A stretch of 64,000 nt of DNA from Mobula hypostoma. Its lineage: Eukaryota. The translations under genes and the position numbers were made by a program. The notes under the pieces were generated by a model. The model was not told the DNA's origin. It did not search any database and worked only from the letters and a program-made list of their open reading frames with translations. The stretch spans positions 21,020,001-21,084,000 of the forward strand of contig NC_086109.1 of the NCBI RefSeq assembly GCF_963921235.1, written 5' to 3'. Positions within the stretch are counted from its first letter, which is position 1, and every line of letters begins with the position of its first letter. Of this stretch, positions 11,684 to 25,597 are shown piece after piece.

Positions 11684-11947
11684 TTTATTCATTTCTACAG
11701 ACGCTGCCTGACCTGCTGAGTTTCTCCAGCATTTTGTGCATGGCTGCTGGGCAAAATAGTGAGGTCATAATATGAGAGATGCTGCAGATGCTGGAAATCC
11801 AAAGCAATACAGTTTGCCCAGCTTTCTGAGTGTGTTGCTTCGAATTTCCAGCTTCTGCAGAGTTTCTTGTGTTTATGTTTTGCTGCTTCCTCCCTTGTCA
11901 CACTAACTCGTATATCAAAGAAGTAAAGACAGGAGATATTTCCTTAC

Positions 11948-12032
11948 TAAATACTGCAGTCGCTGCCGCTCTGATTCAGGAGTGAATTCATTAGACAGTG
12001 GGATAACTTCTCCATTACGGATTAGAATAGCC
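11948..12032 (-). CDS. PPM1J: PPM1J-like coding exon 5 (85 bp)
   Basis: Acceptor aattccag|G. Encodes AILIRNGEVIPLSNEFTPESERQRLQYL. Donor TTA|gtaagg. Confidence 0.92.
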
Positions 12033-13229
12033 CTGGAATTAAAGGTAAGAAAATCATTAACAAACTTGGCAAAAGTATTTAGACAGACCAAGAGCTCAGG
12101 CACTTTGGGTCGAAACCTCAACCATCAGAACTGAAGCAGGGTCCTGACTATCCCATTGCCTCCCTAGGTGTTTCCTGACCTGCTAGAGACTTCCAGCAGC
12201 TTAATTTAGCTCCAGATCAAAGCATCTGCAGTCTCCTATATCTCTGTGCATTAAAAGAAGCTGTTTCCAATAATTAAAGGGCTAATAACCACAGGGCAGA
12301 GGGTTGAAGGTTGCCAGTTAAAAGCAGAAGCAACATTAGAAAATGGAGCATTACGCCATTCAGCCCCTCCATGGCTGCTCTGAATTCAATTTTTATGACT
12401 TTCTATTTCACATAGAACAACTCATGTTCTCAATATTATTTATGACTTATTTGTAGTAATTATTATTGTAGTTGCTCAGTTTGTCTTCTCAAGCACATTA
12501 CTTGTTTGCCCAACTTTGAGTATAATTTTTCATTGATTCTATAGTGCTTCCTTGTATCTGCTGTGAATGTGTGCAGGAAAATGAACCTCAGGGTAGAATA
12601 TCGCGACATACAAGTACTTTGTTATTAAATTTACTTTGAATTTTGAATTATGTCAGTGAGAATAAACTTGTTTCTGATTCTGATTCAATTAGATTACAAC
12701 TGAACTGTTAATTCAGTGTCACTTTCCTGCATTAATTCGAAATCTCTCAAATCCTATAACATCCAAAACATTCTTGGTTTTGAATCTACTCAGTGACTAA
12801 GCCTTTACAGTGCACTTGGGTGGAGAATTTCAAAGCTTCACAGTCCTGTGGGTGAAGAAATTTCTTTTTTATCTTGGTTCTGAAAGGACAAAGTAAACAA
12901 CACTTTTGAACATCTTAGCCACTGGGAAACATCACCCCTGCATCTACCTTGACAAGCAGTACATATTTAAATGAGATTATCTCTCCTGTAAACCCCAGGA
13001 GCACAAGTCTAGTCAGTTTCTGAAACGAGAAATGCGTGGATATTGAGTGAGGACCTATGAGCTGTAGATGCACGATGTCCGGGAGAAGGTCCGTTCCTGG
13101 AGGATAGTGAATTTGCTTGAGTGGAAGGCCGATATTCATGTGCCCAATTCCCTGAAATGTGAATTGGATTTTAATTCACCTGCGGTGGTAAGTGGAAGAA
13201 TGACAGAGGAAGAACAACATAGGCCTTGA

Positions 13230-14200
13230 GACATAGGAACAGAAGTAGGCATTCAGCCCTTCAAATTTGCTCCACCATTCCATCATGACTGATTTATTAT
13301 TCCTGTCCACCTCATTCTCCTGCCTTCTCCCCATAACCTTTGACGACCTTACTAATCAAGAATCAGATGAGCTCTGTTTTAAATGTACCCAATCTTTTTA
13401 TTTATTTATTGAGACACAGCGCAGCCCTTCGAGCCACGCGGCCGAGCAATCCCCTGATTTTAACCCTAGCCTAATCATGGGCTAGTGGCCAAGTGGTTAA
13501 GGCGTTCGTCCAGTGATCTGAAGGTCGCTAGTTCAAGCCTCAGTTGTGGCAGTGTGTTTGTGTCCTTGAGCAAGGCACTTAACCACACATTGCTCTAGTG
13601 TCTGTGCGAGGAGTGGCGCCCCACACAGACTTCCAATCTGCGCCTTGTAAGGCATGAAAATGCCTGACACAGGCCTCTCATGGTCTGAGTCGACGTTCCC
13701 TTCCCTCCCCTAATCATGGGACAATTTACAATGACCAATTAACCTACTAACTGCTACATCTTTGGACTGTTGGAGGAAACCGGAGCACTCAAAGGAAACC
13801 CACGCGGTCACGGGGAGAACATACAAACTTCTTACAGGCAGCAGTGGGAACTCCACAGTCACCTGCGGCAATGCAATTCACAGATTCACGACTCCCCAGA
13901 CTAAAAGATATTCTGCCTCACCTCCGTTGTAAGGCTACACCCTCTGGTCCTAGACTCCTCCACAATAGGAATCATCGTCTCCATGTCTACTCTATCTATG
14001 CCTTTCAATGTCCTAAACTCCAGCGAGTACAGGTCCAGAGGCATCAAATGCTCCTCATAAATTAACCCTTTCATTCCCGGGATCATTTTCCTGAACCTCC
14101 TCTGGATCCTCTCCAATGCCAGCTCATCCTTTCTTAGATTATGGGCTCAAAACAGTTCACAACATTCCACTGCAGTCTGACCAATGTCTTATAAAGCCTT
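13230..14200 (-). mobile_element. CR1 3' fragment interrupted by a V-SINE (~13395-13850, minus strand)
   Basis: ERIQRRFRKMIPGMKGL..YEE..LDLYSLEFR peptide. The V-domain reverse complement is at ~13760-13820. Confidence 0.75.
13482..13708 (+). mobile_element. tRNA-derived SINE with 12-bp TSD
   Basis: A box TGGCCAAGTGG, B box GTTCAAGCC, CORE-like gtgtccttgagcaaggcacttaacc. TSD cctaatcatggg at 13470-13481 and 13709-13720. Confidence 0.85.
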
Positions 14201-16077
14201 AGTAATTAGCCAGGGGTTTTATCTTTGCCTTTCCAAAGCAATCAAATATTTTCTTTTTCATTGGCTAGGTACATGATGCTGAGGGAGAGTGGCTGGTTAG
14301 AACAGAGGCTTTTGCTGTCATGTTAGCTAAGGCTTGGTAGATGGCTTTACTGCACCAGAGTTGGAAGACTGGTGGTTGTTTGAAGACAACCATCCTAAGG
14401 CATGTAACACCACCTACTCTCTGAGTGTTGTTGTAATGTTTCATGTGAACAGTGCCAGAATCTGTCTGTGCTTTTCTTACATATTTATAAGGTCCATTTA
14501 TCATTAGTTTCAATTTCTGACCTGATTAGATAGAGAACTGGCTTCACTAACATCACGGTCTGTGGGAGATAGCTGAGTATAAACAGGTTGCTTGGGTCTG
14601 CTATACTGCAGCTGTGACTTCTAAAGTACTTCAGTGGGTTAGTCTATGATTGTGATGCAATGGCAAGACTCTCTTTTCATCACTTTAAGTTTGATTCGTG
14701 CAAAACATCCTAGAAATTTAAAAAGTTACAATTGCATCTCCCCTCCAGCTCCGTTCCCTCTCGTGTATTGAAGCACACTAAAAACAGATCATAGGCAAAC
14801 GTAGCAACCATTTCCTGTAGAGTGAGTGCCAAAGAGCAGGAACAAGATTACTAGTTAGTTGCACCATCACAACTGCTGTGAAGAAGTTCAAGGACTCAGA
14901 ATAGCATGCCACTGAAAGTCTTTCAGCCTATTGACTCTGTGCTAACTTATTTGAAGATCAACTCTGTTGTGTATTTGATGTTTCAGTAGTATTTGAGTAA
15001 TATTGTAAATATATTGTTTGAGTAAGCCTCGTATTCTTTAAATAATTTGCTACAGGTTTTATGTACTGTATAAATACGTGAATTGCACACATCATCATGC
15101 TACTATGTGATACTTGTGCACCTCACTTAAACTTGAAGTTAGACCACATTTCAGACTCCTATGTCCTCCTGTTACAAAACATAATAAACTCCCCCAGTCT
15201 TTCTCCATATTCTAACAATCTAATTCTCTTTGGCAAGCTATTACTGAAATGATTTTTAAATATTCTCTGCAAATCATGTTCTCAGTATTATTTATTTACT
15301 GCTATCTTCACTGATTTGCACAGATTGCCGTCTTTTGTACATTGGCTGCTGGTCTGTCTTTGTTTTTGTGTAGCTTTTCATCTATTCCATTATATTTCTC
15401 AGTTCTACTGTGAATCCATGCAAGAAAATGAATCTCAGCATCAAATATAGTGACATATACGGTAAGTGCTTTGATAATAATTTTACTTTGCACTCTGAAT
15501 ATAGCAGGAATGATTTCAAAAACTCAATTTAATCATGTAAGAAAACATGTTCCCTTGTGCTTTCCTTGTTCTTTTGCCTGTCATCATAAAAATCTGGGCT
15601 CTCTAGCTTTTGCTTCATCAGTTTCCTTTCATCTACTCGATCTGAAGTCGCCAAACATCCTCATAAAATCTCTCCATAGCCTTCTTTACTCCAAGGTGAA
15701 CTATCATAGATTCTTTAGTGATCCATTCCAGATAATCTCTCCACCGCTTGCTACAAAACTCCCCATTCATTCTAAAGTTCAGTAGCCAGAAATACAGAGG
15801 GGATTAAGTATTTTTAAACAGTTTTGGCCTAATCTCTTAAATGTTGTACTGTCTTTCCTATAAATTCTACTGTTCTATGACTGTAGAAAAGGGTCATAGC
15901 ATAGGAGATGACAAACTATGCAGTTGGTGGCAATTCACTTTGGAGTTGTGTGGCAATTAGATAGACAGGGTTCATACTGTGGGTTAGTAGGCGAGAAGCG
16001 GAACAAGGGCTTCCAGATTATATGGGGAGGACATGAGTGCAAAATAGCAGTTTCAATCATCAGGATGGTAGTACCAT

Positions 16078-16890
16078 TGGTGAATCTATGGAATTTGTTG
16101 CTACGGGCAGCAGTGGAGGCCAAGTCATTGGGTGTATTTAACACACAGATTGACAGGTATCTGAGTAGCCAAGGCATCAAAGGTTATGGTGAGAAGGCAG
16201 GGGAGTGGGACTAAATGGGAGAATGGATTAGCTCATGATAAAATGGCGGAGCAGACTCGATGGGCTGAATGGCTGACCTACTCCTTTGTTTTATGGTCTT
16301 ATGGTCTTATTAAGGGAGGACGGCTAGAGTAAAGTTCTGGTCACCTACATACAGGAAAGATATCAATAAGTTTGAAAGACTGCAGATCAGATTTGCAAGG
16401 ACTTTGCAGGGAGGTGGGTTATAGGGAAAGATTGAATAGATTAGGACTTTATCCCCTGGAGCACAGGAGAATGAGGGGAGGCCTTATAGAGGTATACAAA
16501 ATTCTGAAGGGTAGCAATAAAGGGTATAGATAAAATCTCATCTATATCTATAGAAATAGATAAGGCTTTTTTCCCCTCAGTTTGGGTGAGACTAGAATGA
16601 AGATCATTCATAGGCTTAGGATGAAAGATGAAATATACAAGTGAAATTTGAAGGGGAGCTTCTTCACTTCAGGCGGTTTGAGTGTGGAACGAGCTGCCAG
16701 CAGAAGTGATAATGCAGAATCAACTTTAACATTCACAAGATCTTTGGATGGTTACACGAGTGGGTGGGGGGGGGGGTTGGATGGATATAGTTCAGGTGCA
16801 GTTTGATGGAATAGGCAGGAGATTGGGTTGGCATAGACAGGATGGGTGGAATGGCCTGCTTTGTGCTGTAGTACTCTATGATTCTAATAG
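16078..16890 (+). mobile_element. Two adjacent CR1 3' fragments (young 16078-16310; older 16330-16890)
   Basis: VNLWNLLLRAAVEAKSLG...KGYGEKAGEWD plus a (tggtctta)n tail; same family as 50960-52600. Confidence 0.8.
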
Positions 16891-19031
16891 GAAGAAATGT
16901 GGAGGCAGAGGTGTAGTAGGTGAAGGCTTGAACATTGAGAGCAAGTATCTGGCAGCCCTCCAAGTCCAGTATTGGTCACATTCCCCAGCAATCCCACACC
17001 TTGATCAGTCCTAAGACATCATGATCCAAGTTCATTGCACTAGAGAAAGGTGCCATAATTTCCTGAAATGGAAATCACATCAGGAGTGCAAGGGTGATTC
17101 ATCTCTAAAGGGCCCAGATGGATATGGTCATTAGTAAGTTTTACTCTGGGTGAACTAATTTTAAGTTGTGTAACACTGTTTGAAAGTCAAGATAATTTTA
17201 GCCTTCTTAACTGCTTTATTGACCTGTTCAGTTTCCGTTATATTTGTGCATAAACAGCCCTGCCCATCACATTTCAGGCAGCTTCTTTAAACTACTTCCA
17301 TATTTATAATTTAGATCCTCATTCTTCTTCCAAAACCCAGCACTACATACTTGAATTTACTAAGTACATTTTCATCAACAATTACTCACTTCCAAATTTT
17401 GTGTCTTTCGTAAATACTGAAATTTTCAACAAAATGTATTCTCATCCATGTTATTAATGGATATCAAAAATAGCAATTAGTTTTAAGATTGGTATAACTC
17501 TATTCAAACTAAACCAAAGGTTCAAGAAAAAGTTCAAAGGTTTATTTATTATCAAAACATGTATCCATATCCAGCTCTGAAATTTGTCTTCTCCAGATAG
17601 TCATGAAACAAGAAAAACATGGAAGTTATTCAGAGAGAAACATCAAACTGACACCCCCCCCAACACATTCAAATGTATGTGAATACATTTGCACAACAAA
17701 ACAGAAAAGGAACGGGCAATAAAAAACACGGAATATTAAACCTATAAGTCTGAAAAAGTCCAGTGTCCATAAACGCAATAGTCCAAACATTTGGATTCCT
17801 GGTTTTGTTGCCTCTTTAATCAGAAGAGTCCCAATATCATAAAAATCATCTGAAACCCTTCATGGTTTCAGGACATCTGAAAGGACTTTACCACTAATTA
17901 AATATATTGTGAAGTGTGATCACCGCTGTTTATCACACTGCTGCAAACTTCTACAAACAGTGATGGGAGAAATAAAGGATTGAGTAATAATAATAATTTT
18001 ATATAATTCTTCATTGTATATGGAATGTTTATGGAATGTATATGGAAAATAAATTGATTCTTGATTCTGTTAAGTAGGGATGTATATGGAAAATATACAA
18101 TGTATATGGAAAATAAATTGATTCTTGATTCTGTTAAGTAGGGATCAGTAAGACTCAGTTCTCCACAGTGAGCATTGGACTGACTGACATAAGCAAGTTT
18201 ATGAGGAAGACTCAAATCCATAGCCTCTTGCCTCAGAGGCTTCAGTGCCTCTCGGTATTAGAATGGCAAGGTGTATTGACCTTTTGGTAGATGGGTTAGA
18301 GAAAGACAGTATAACCTTAATGGTGCAGTTCGAAGGAGTTTGCAGGAACAAAGGGATCTTGCAGTTCATAGGCAATGATCTTTGAAAACGGTGGGAGTAT
18401 TGACAGAAAAAAAGGAATAGCTCGTGGGATCTATTCAGAAATAAAGGAGTTAAGTCTGAAAGCCGAGAAGTGAAAACCCTTAAAAAGTTCTGGTTGGGCC
18501 TAACTAGAGTATTTCATCCATTTTGCAGCAGAAAGGATGCAAGGGCCCTTGAAGGAGTGCAGGGCAGTTTTATCAGTGTTTCCAGGAACGAGAGTCTAAT
18601 TAAAAGAATGGACTGGAGAAGCGAGGATTGTTCTGAAGCAAAGGAAGTTCAGGAGATTACAAGTTTAAAATAAGGTAGGTAAAGGACTCCTCCTCACATC
18701 AGCTAATGATATAACAAATAGGGGAAAAATATTCAGGGTTGGGATAAGGGGTGGAGGGAATGTATGAAGGAACTTTGTCCTCACAGTCATTGGCAATGAT
18801 CTAGAATTCATTGCCTATGAAGTTAATGGAAATGATTGAAGAGTTCAAAATTAACCTGGATCGGCAATTGAGGGAATTAAATGCAGAGCCACAAAGACAG
18901 AACGGGACTGATTGGATTGCATTTGTTGGGTTGAATAGCCTCTTCCCATGTCAAAACGATTCAATTGACTCAAACTCTGCAGTTCTAGCACAATCTACTG
19001 TAGTCCGGGACTAGGAAGCTTGGCTCTGTAC

Positions 19032-19144
19032 CTGCTGTCACCTGCATTTGCCACGTAAATTTTTCCCAGAAGGTAGATAACCGCCAGTGCACAGCAGCCG
19101 CCAAGAATGCAGGAGGAGTTCCGCTCCCTTTCAATCTGTTTGTC
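19032..19144 (-). CDS. PPM1J: PPM1J-like coding exon 4 (113 bp)
   Basis: Acceptor gctgcag|GAC. Encodes DKQIERER...GGCCALAVIYLLGKIYVANAGDS(R). Donor AG|gtacag, phase 2. Confidence 0.92.
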
Positions 19145-21324
19145 CTGCAGCAACAAGAAAAGCCCATTCTTCAGACCAGGCACAGCAAGCATTACAGAGA
19201 CCCCAAGTACTAATCCCCTAACAGCAGATCCCTCTTGAAAGCGTCAGAGCATGCAGGGACCTTGCCAAATGTTCTTTCTTTGTGGTGGCAAGGCACTCTC
19301 TCTTATACATTCAGATATCTCTTCAAGTGTTGCTCATAATTAATAACATCCTCATCATGATATAAAACCAGCTTGCATTTCTAAGATATCTTTCATTATC
19401 TTAACCTGAGCACTTCATAGAAAATGAAGTTCAGCCACGAGTGCAAAATAGAAGCACAACAACAAGTTGGTGCACAGTCAGCTTCAATGAGCAACTTTGA
19501 ATAATGAACAAATAATCTGGGTTGAGGGTTTGAATCCATTAAGATAATTGATCAGGATACCAAGGTGTTTCCCTGCTCTCTCTGAATAGCATCTGTATCC
19601 CAGTTACAATGTCTTGCCTAGAATTTAGCTCCCTTGACAGTGTACTACATTCGTTAGCCAGGGTACTGTGAGCTTACCTATGGCTTTGAGGTCTTGAACG
19701 TCTAACAATCTGGTTTAGGAGGTAAGGATGCTACCAATGAGTAATGATTTTGCTGCTAGACTTGTGATCCAGTTAAAACCAGGCAGCTTGGAAGTTTGAT
19801 TTAATTTTTTAAAAAATAGGAAACAAAAAGCTATAAAGTGGGAATGAACACTGAAACCTTTAGGAAGAATACCCAGTCCATGCCAAATATCTGCCTCCAG
19901 TCCAGGCAGATGTTGATGACTTTTAACTTTGACGTGATCTAACAGAATGCTTTAACTGAATTTACACGGTAGATGACTTCAGTAGGCTGTTGCAATGAAT
20001 AACAATAACTGTTCAGGATGGCTCATTATCAGCTTCTTAGTCAAACATATGGCTTAGATATTTAGAGTTGGGCGTTACGTAGGCAGGTGAAGGATGCAGG
20101 ATACTCTTGCATCCTCCCTCAGCTCGTTATGGTACAAAGAAGACAATTTTGGTTATGTTCCCTAGATTCACATGGCCTGGAAAATTTCAGTACTTTTGTT
20201 GCAACTCCATAGCCTGGATCATTTTCCTTGGAAGTCAGCCTGATTAACAGATTTGACATCCAATATTGGGAACGACATTCTGGAGTTAGCACAGGATCAG
20301 GAGGACTGCATCGAAACCCTCGGGCTTGGAGTGTGATTATGGAGGGTTTAAAGGCCTAGGTGGGACCCATAAGCAAAATGTTTCAGCTGTTGGGGTTCAC
20401 AAGGCATGGACCATCCAGCTACCCACTGTTAGGGGATGAATTTGACCTCTCAGGCCTCATTAATGTTATTTAATATCTTATCTCTTGGGATTGGGCTTTC
20501 TGACCAGCCCTAAATTTACTATGATGGCAAAGCCCAGAGCTTAAAGAGTTGAGAAAGTGCAAGAAATTTTCAGCAGGTCAGGCAGCATCTATACAGAGAA
20601 GAATAAAGTTAAATTTTCAGACGAATGACTTTTCATCAGAACTGGTGATGTGAAAAAATCAAGTGTATTTAGAATTGTAGAGAGTGACAGGGTGGAGAGA
20701 AAACAAAGGGAACGTCTGGAAAAGGGTAAACTAAACTGTACAAGTAGACTCATTGCTTCTGCCTGTTCCTGTCCCATAGTTACAGTATTTTTTCCTGTTC
20801 TAAATGCATTTTCCCTCTGTTCCACTTCAGTTCATGAATCTTTTGATGTCCTCCCTCACTTTGGCAGTGTCCTAGTTGGGACCAGGAAACTGTGGACATT
20901 TCATCCCCCCATACCTCCACCTCACACCCAGAAGGTCGGAAGGCCCTGTATCTCTTCCCTGAACAGAAGACCAACTAATCCCTCTCCATCACCACACTCG
21001 TCACATGGGTGAGCTCATTCTTATTTTAAACAACTTCTCCTTCAACTCCACTCACTTTCTCCAAGCCAAAGGTGTGGCCCTGGAAACCTGCTTTGCCCTA
21101 AGCTCGGTTGCCTCTTTGTTGGATATTTGGAATGTCCTTGTTTCAGTCCGACTCTGGCACGCTATTGTTATGGTACATGGAAGGTTGTTTTGAAGATGTT
21201 CCCTAGGCTCACACAAGACTGGAAAATTACAATACTTCTGAAAGCTCTCAATTTCAAGGACCTAAACCTCATTCTGTACTTCCTGTTCTTGACTTCTACA
21301 CCAACCCAGTCTTACAAGTAAAAG

Positions 21325-21690
21325 GGAGACCGCGCAACACAGCAGGTAATGCTGCTCCCACACAACTCAAGTGACCCAGGTTTCATTCTGACCTCTGATG
21401 CTGTCTATGTGGAGTTTGCACACCCTCCCATTGACCACACTGGTTTCCCAGAGGTGTTTGTGTTTCTTCCCATATCCCAAAGATATTTTGGTTGGTAGGC
21501 AATTGACGACCGTAAATTAGCTCTAGTGTAGGTGACTGCTTAGATAATCGGGTGCTGGAAAGGTGGAGCTAATGGGCATGTGAGTAGAGAACAGGTTGCT
21601 GGGAAAGTGTGGGAGAACTGTGGTGAGTTGTTCTTAGAGTCAGTATAGACTCAATGGATTGAATGGCCTCCTACATTGTATAGAAGTATG
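21325..21690 (+). mobile_element. V-SINE inserted into an old Penelope-like element (~20545-24600)
   Basis: gtggagtttgcac...ggtttccc...catatcccaaaga. Flanks carry PLE RT-like text (NNFSFNSTHFLQAKGVA). Confidence 0.65.
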
Positions 21691-22228
21691 AAATCTATTC
21701 AAGCTTATTGATTCCCATGAACTCTGAACTATCTCATCCGACCCCGTTTCCTACAAGGATTTCTTCTCATTCTTCCAGTTTCTCGGTTTCCATCCTATCT
21801 CTTTTGACGATGATCACACCAGTGCCTCTGAGATGCCTTCATTTCTCCTTAACCATGGCTTCCACCACCCCCCCCCCCCCACCACCATAGATCAACAGGG
21901 TGCTCTGTTTCTGACACTCTCCTCTCCACCTACAGCCAAAACAAGGATAAGGTACTCGTTGTCATCACTTTCACGTTCAACCTTTAAATATTTTATCACT
22001 TCTTACAAGATTCCGTCTGTAGTCACATCCTCTCCTCCCTTTTCAGCATTCTGCAGAGAATATTCCCTTAATGTCTTTCATGACCACCAACCCTTTTCAT
22101 AGTACTTTCCCATATAATTGTAAGAGCTGCGTTACCAGCCCTCGTGCCAGTTCCGTCCCCATTATTTAGAGACTCGGTCTGTCAAGGTGAAGCAACCAAA
22201 TGCTTGCTCATTTTCCGATCTAACATAT

Positions 22229-24105
22229 TAGACCAGAAGACCATAAGATATAGGAGCAGAATTAGTTTATTTGGCCCATTGAGTCTGATCTGCCATTTCT
22301 TCATGGCTGATCCAATTTTCCTCTCGCCCTAATCTCCTTCCTTCTCCCCGTATCTCTTCATGCCCTGATCAATTAAGAATCTATCCACCTCTGCCTTAAA
22401 TATACATAAAGACTTGGCCTCCACAAATGCCTGTGGCAAAGAATTCCATAGATTCACCACTCTTTGTCTAAAGAAATTACTCCTCATCTCCATTGTAAAA
22501 GGATGCCCCTCTATTCTGAGGCTGTGTCCTCTGGTCTTAGACTCTCACACCATAGGAAACATCTTTTCCACATCCACTCTATCAAGGCCTTTCACCATTC
22601 GATAGGTTTCAATTAGGTCACCCCTCATTCTTCTGAATTCTAGTGAATAGAGGGCTAGAACCATCAAACACCCTTCATATGACAAGGCATTCAATCCTGG
22701 AATCATTTTTGTGAACCTCCTTTGAACCCTCTCCAGTTTCATTCTAAGATAAGGAGCCTAAAACTGCTCACAATACTCCAAGTGAGTCCTTACCAGTGCT
22801 TTATAAAGTTTCAACATTACATCCTTGCTTTTATATTCTAGTCCTCTTGAAATGAATGCTAACATTGCACTTGCCTTCTTTACCACAGACTCAACCTGCA
22901 AATTAAACTTTAGGGAATCCTGCACAAGAATTCCCAAGTCCCTTTGTGCCTCAGTTTTTTGTATTTTCTCTCCATTTAGAAAAGGTCAGCCCTTTCAATT
23001 CTTCTAACAAAGTGCATGACCATCACTTCCTGATACTGTATTCCATCTGCCACTTCTTAGCCCATTCTCCTAATCTGTCTAGGTCCTTCTGTAGCCTCTC
23101 TGCTTTCTCAAAACTACCTGTCCCTACACCTGTCTTCATATCTTCTACAAACTTTGCAACAAAGCCACCAATTCCATTAATAAAATCATTGACATATAAT
23201 ATAAAAAGAATCAGTCCCAACACAGACTCCATTGGAACATCATTAGTCACTGGCAGCCAACCAGAAAATGCTCCCTTTATTCCCACTCTTTGCCTCTTGC
23301 CAATCAGCCACTGCTTTATCCATGCTAGCATCTTTCCTGTAATACCATGGGCTCATAGCCTGTTAAGCAGGCTAATGTGTGACACCTTGTCAAAGGCCTT
23401 CTGAAAATCCAAGTTCACAACACCAATTGATTCTCCTTTGTCTATCTTACTTGTTATTTCTTCACAGAATTCCAATAGGTTTCTCAGGCAAGATTTTCCT
23501 TGAGAAACCCTGCTAACTACAGCCTATTTTATCAAGTGCCTCCAAGTACCCTGAGACCTCATCCTTAATAATCGACTCCAACATCTTCCCAACCACTGAG
23601 GTCAGACTCACTGGCCTATAGTTCCCTTTCTTCTGCCTCTCTTCCTTCTTGAAGACTGGAGTGACATTTGCAATTTTCCAGTCTTCCAGAACCATTCCAG
23701 AATCTAGTGATTCTTGAAAGATTATTACTCATGCTTCCACCATCTCTTCCGCCACCTTTTTCAGTAGCCTGGGTTCTATACCATCTGGTCCAGGTGACTT
23801 ATTCACTTTCAGCCCTTTCAGTTTCCCAAGAACCTTCTCTCTAGTTATGGTACCTTCACACACTTCATGTCCCCTGACACCTGGAACTTCCACTATACCG
23901 CTAGTGTCTTCCACAATGAAGATGGATGCAAGTTATTCAGTTCGTCCGCCATTTCCTTGTCCCCCATTACTACCTCTCCAGCAGTTTTCCAGCGGTCCAA
24001 TATCTATTCATCTCTCTTTTACACTTTATGTATCTGAAGAAGCTTTTGTATTTAATATTATTAAATATTACTAGCTAGCTTACTTTCGTATGTCATCTTT
24101 GTCTT
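22229..24105 (-). mobile_element. CR1 LINE, 5'-truncated, disrupted RT
   Basis: KSPGPDG, DWKIANVTPVFKK, NYRPVSLTSVVGK, RQRVGI and LERVQRRFTKMIPG spread over several frames. Confidence 0.92.
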
Positions 24106-25597
24106 TTTTAGTATTCCATATTGCATCAATTACTCTTGATATAATCTCCTCTGCACTGATGAGCACAAGCACAGATTGGGAAATGCTTTGTAGAACACCT
24201 CCACTCATTCCATGAGGCAACCTTGACCTTCCAGCCACGCGCCTCTATCCCTTCCCCATTATGAACTCTGTATTTGGTCCTGTACTATTCCAGCGATGCC
24301 CAATGTAAGCCAAAGGAATGGCATTTTATTGTCTGGTTATGCATATTGTGGCCCTCAGCTATTTCAGATAACCAGTTTTTCCTGTTTGTTAGAACTGGTT
24401 ATCAACTGGACAAGCTTGGCATTTTCTTCTCTCCAAAGCCACCCCCCCCCCCATGTAACCTAACATGCACCTCTATAATTCTGATGAAGGACAACTAACC
24501 TGTTCCTCTTTGCACAGAGTGTTACCTGACTTGCTGAACATTCAGAATATTTTCTGTTTTCATTTCAGGTTTTCAGTATCTGCAGTTTTTAGATTCCCAT
24601 TTAAGGGTTCCTACACACGCTATCAACATCAGCAGATTTAGTCCTCTTTGCCCTTTTCCAAAATCCACACTTCCTGGATATTAAATTTCAACTATCCTGT
24701 CCTGCCTTCCCCTGCTTAACCAGATTGGTTTTCAGTTTAACTTCTTCAGATCCCAGATAGTTCATAGCTGTTTTGGTGTTAGGTATGATACAGTGACATT
24801 ACAGGATAGGGGTTGAACTATATCATATCCAGATATCTATTGATCAGATATGAGAAGTCATATCCACTGTAATAGCTAGTAACTACAATGAGCTAATCAA
24901 CAATTTAAACCAATCTGGAACAAAGTTAATATGAAACTACTGAATTATTTTAAAATTCCATCTGGTTCATTAGTGACCTCAGGCAAGCACCAATGTTAAT
25001 AACATTGGAACATTTAGAAAGTCATTCCTTTCCGCAGTAATTAGGAGTGGAAGCTGTTCTTGTCAGCAATGCAGTTAACCTAATCAAAAATCCCCATTGA
25101 CCCCAGACATACTCTCTTCTCCTCCTTCCCTTTGAGAAGGTACGGACGCCTGAAAGCATGAAGCACCAGGCTCAAGAGAGCTTCTATTCCTCTGTTATAA
25201 AACTTTTGATGGTCCCCTATTGAATGGCAATGAGATGGACTCCTGACCTCACAACCTACCTCGTTACGACTCCACCTTATTGGCTGCCTGCACTGAACTT
25301 TCTCTGTGTGACACAATCTGTTATTGTTTCACCTTATACTATCTCAATGCACTGTTGTAATGTATTGATTGTACGAATGGATGAAAGACAAGTTTTTCAC
25401 TGTACGTATACGTGACAACAACCAACCTGTTTACCAGTGCCCGCAGCTTCCAAACAGAAGCAGGCATTAAATTGTTCTTGCGTTCAAATCTCTGAACCTG
25501 GACCTGAATCATCTGTTATCTATCTTACCTGACACTACAACCTCAGTGATGGCCAGAAGATGCTTTTAGGATGCTTTTAGAAAGGTAGAGCATCTGG

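Noticed and set aside
13482..13560. tRNA gene
   Set aside because: The tRNA-like head continues into a SINE body bounded by a TSD.
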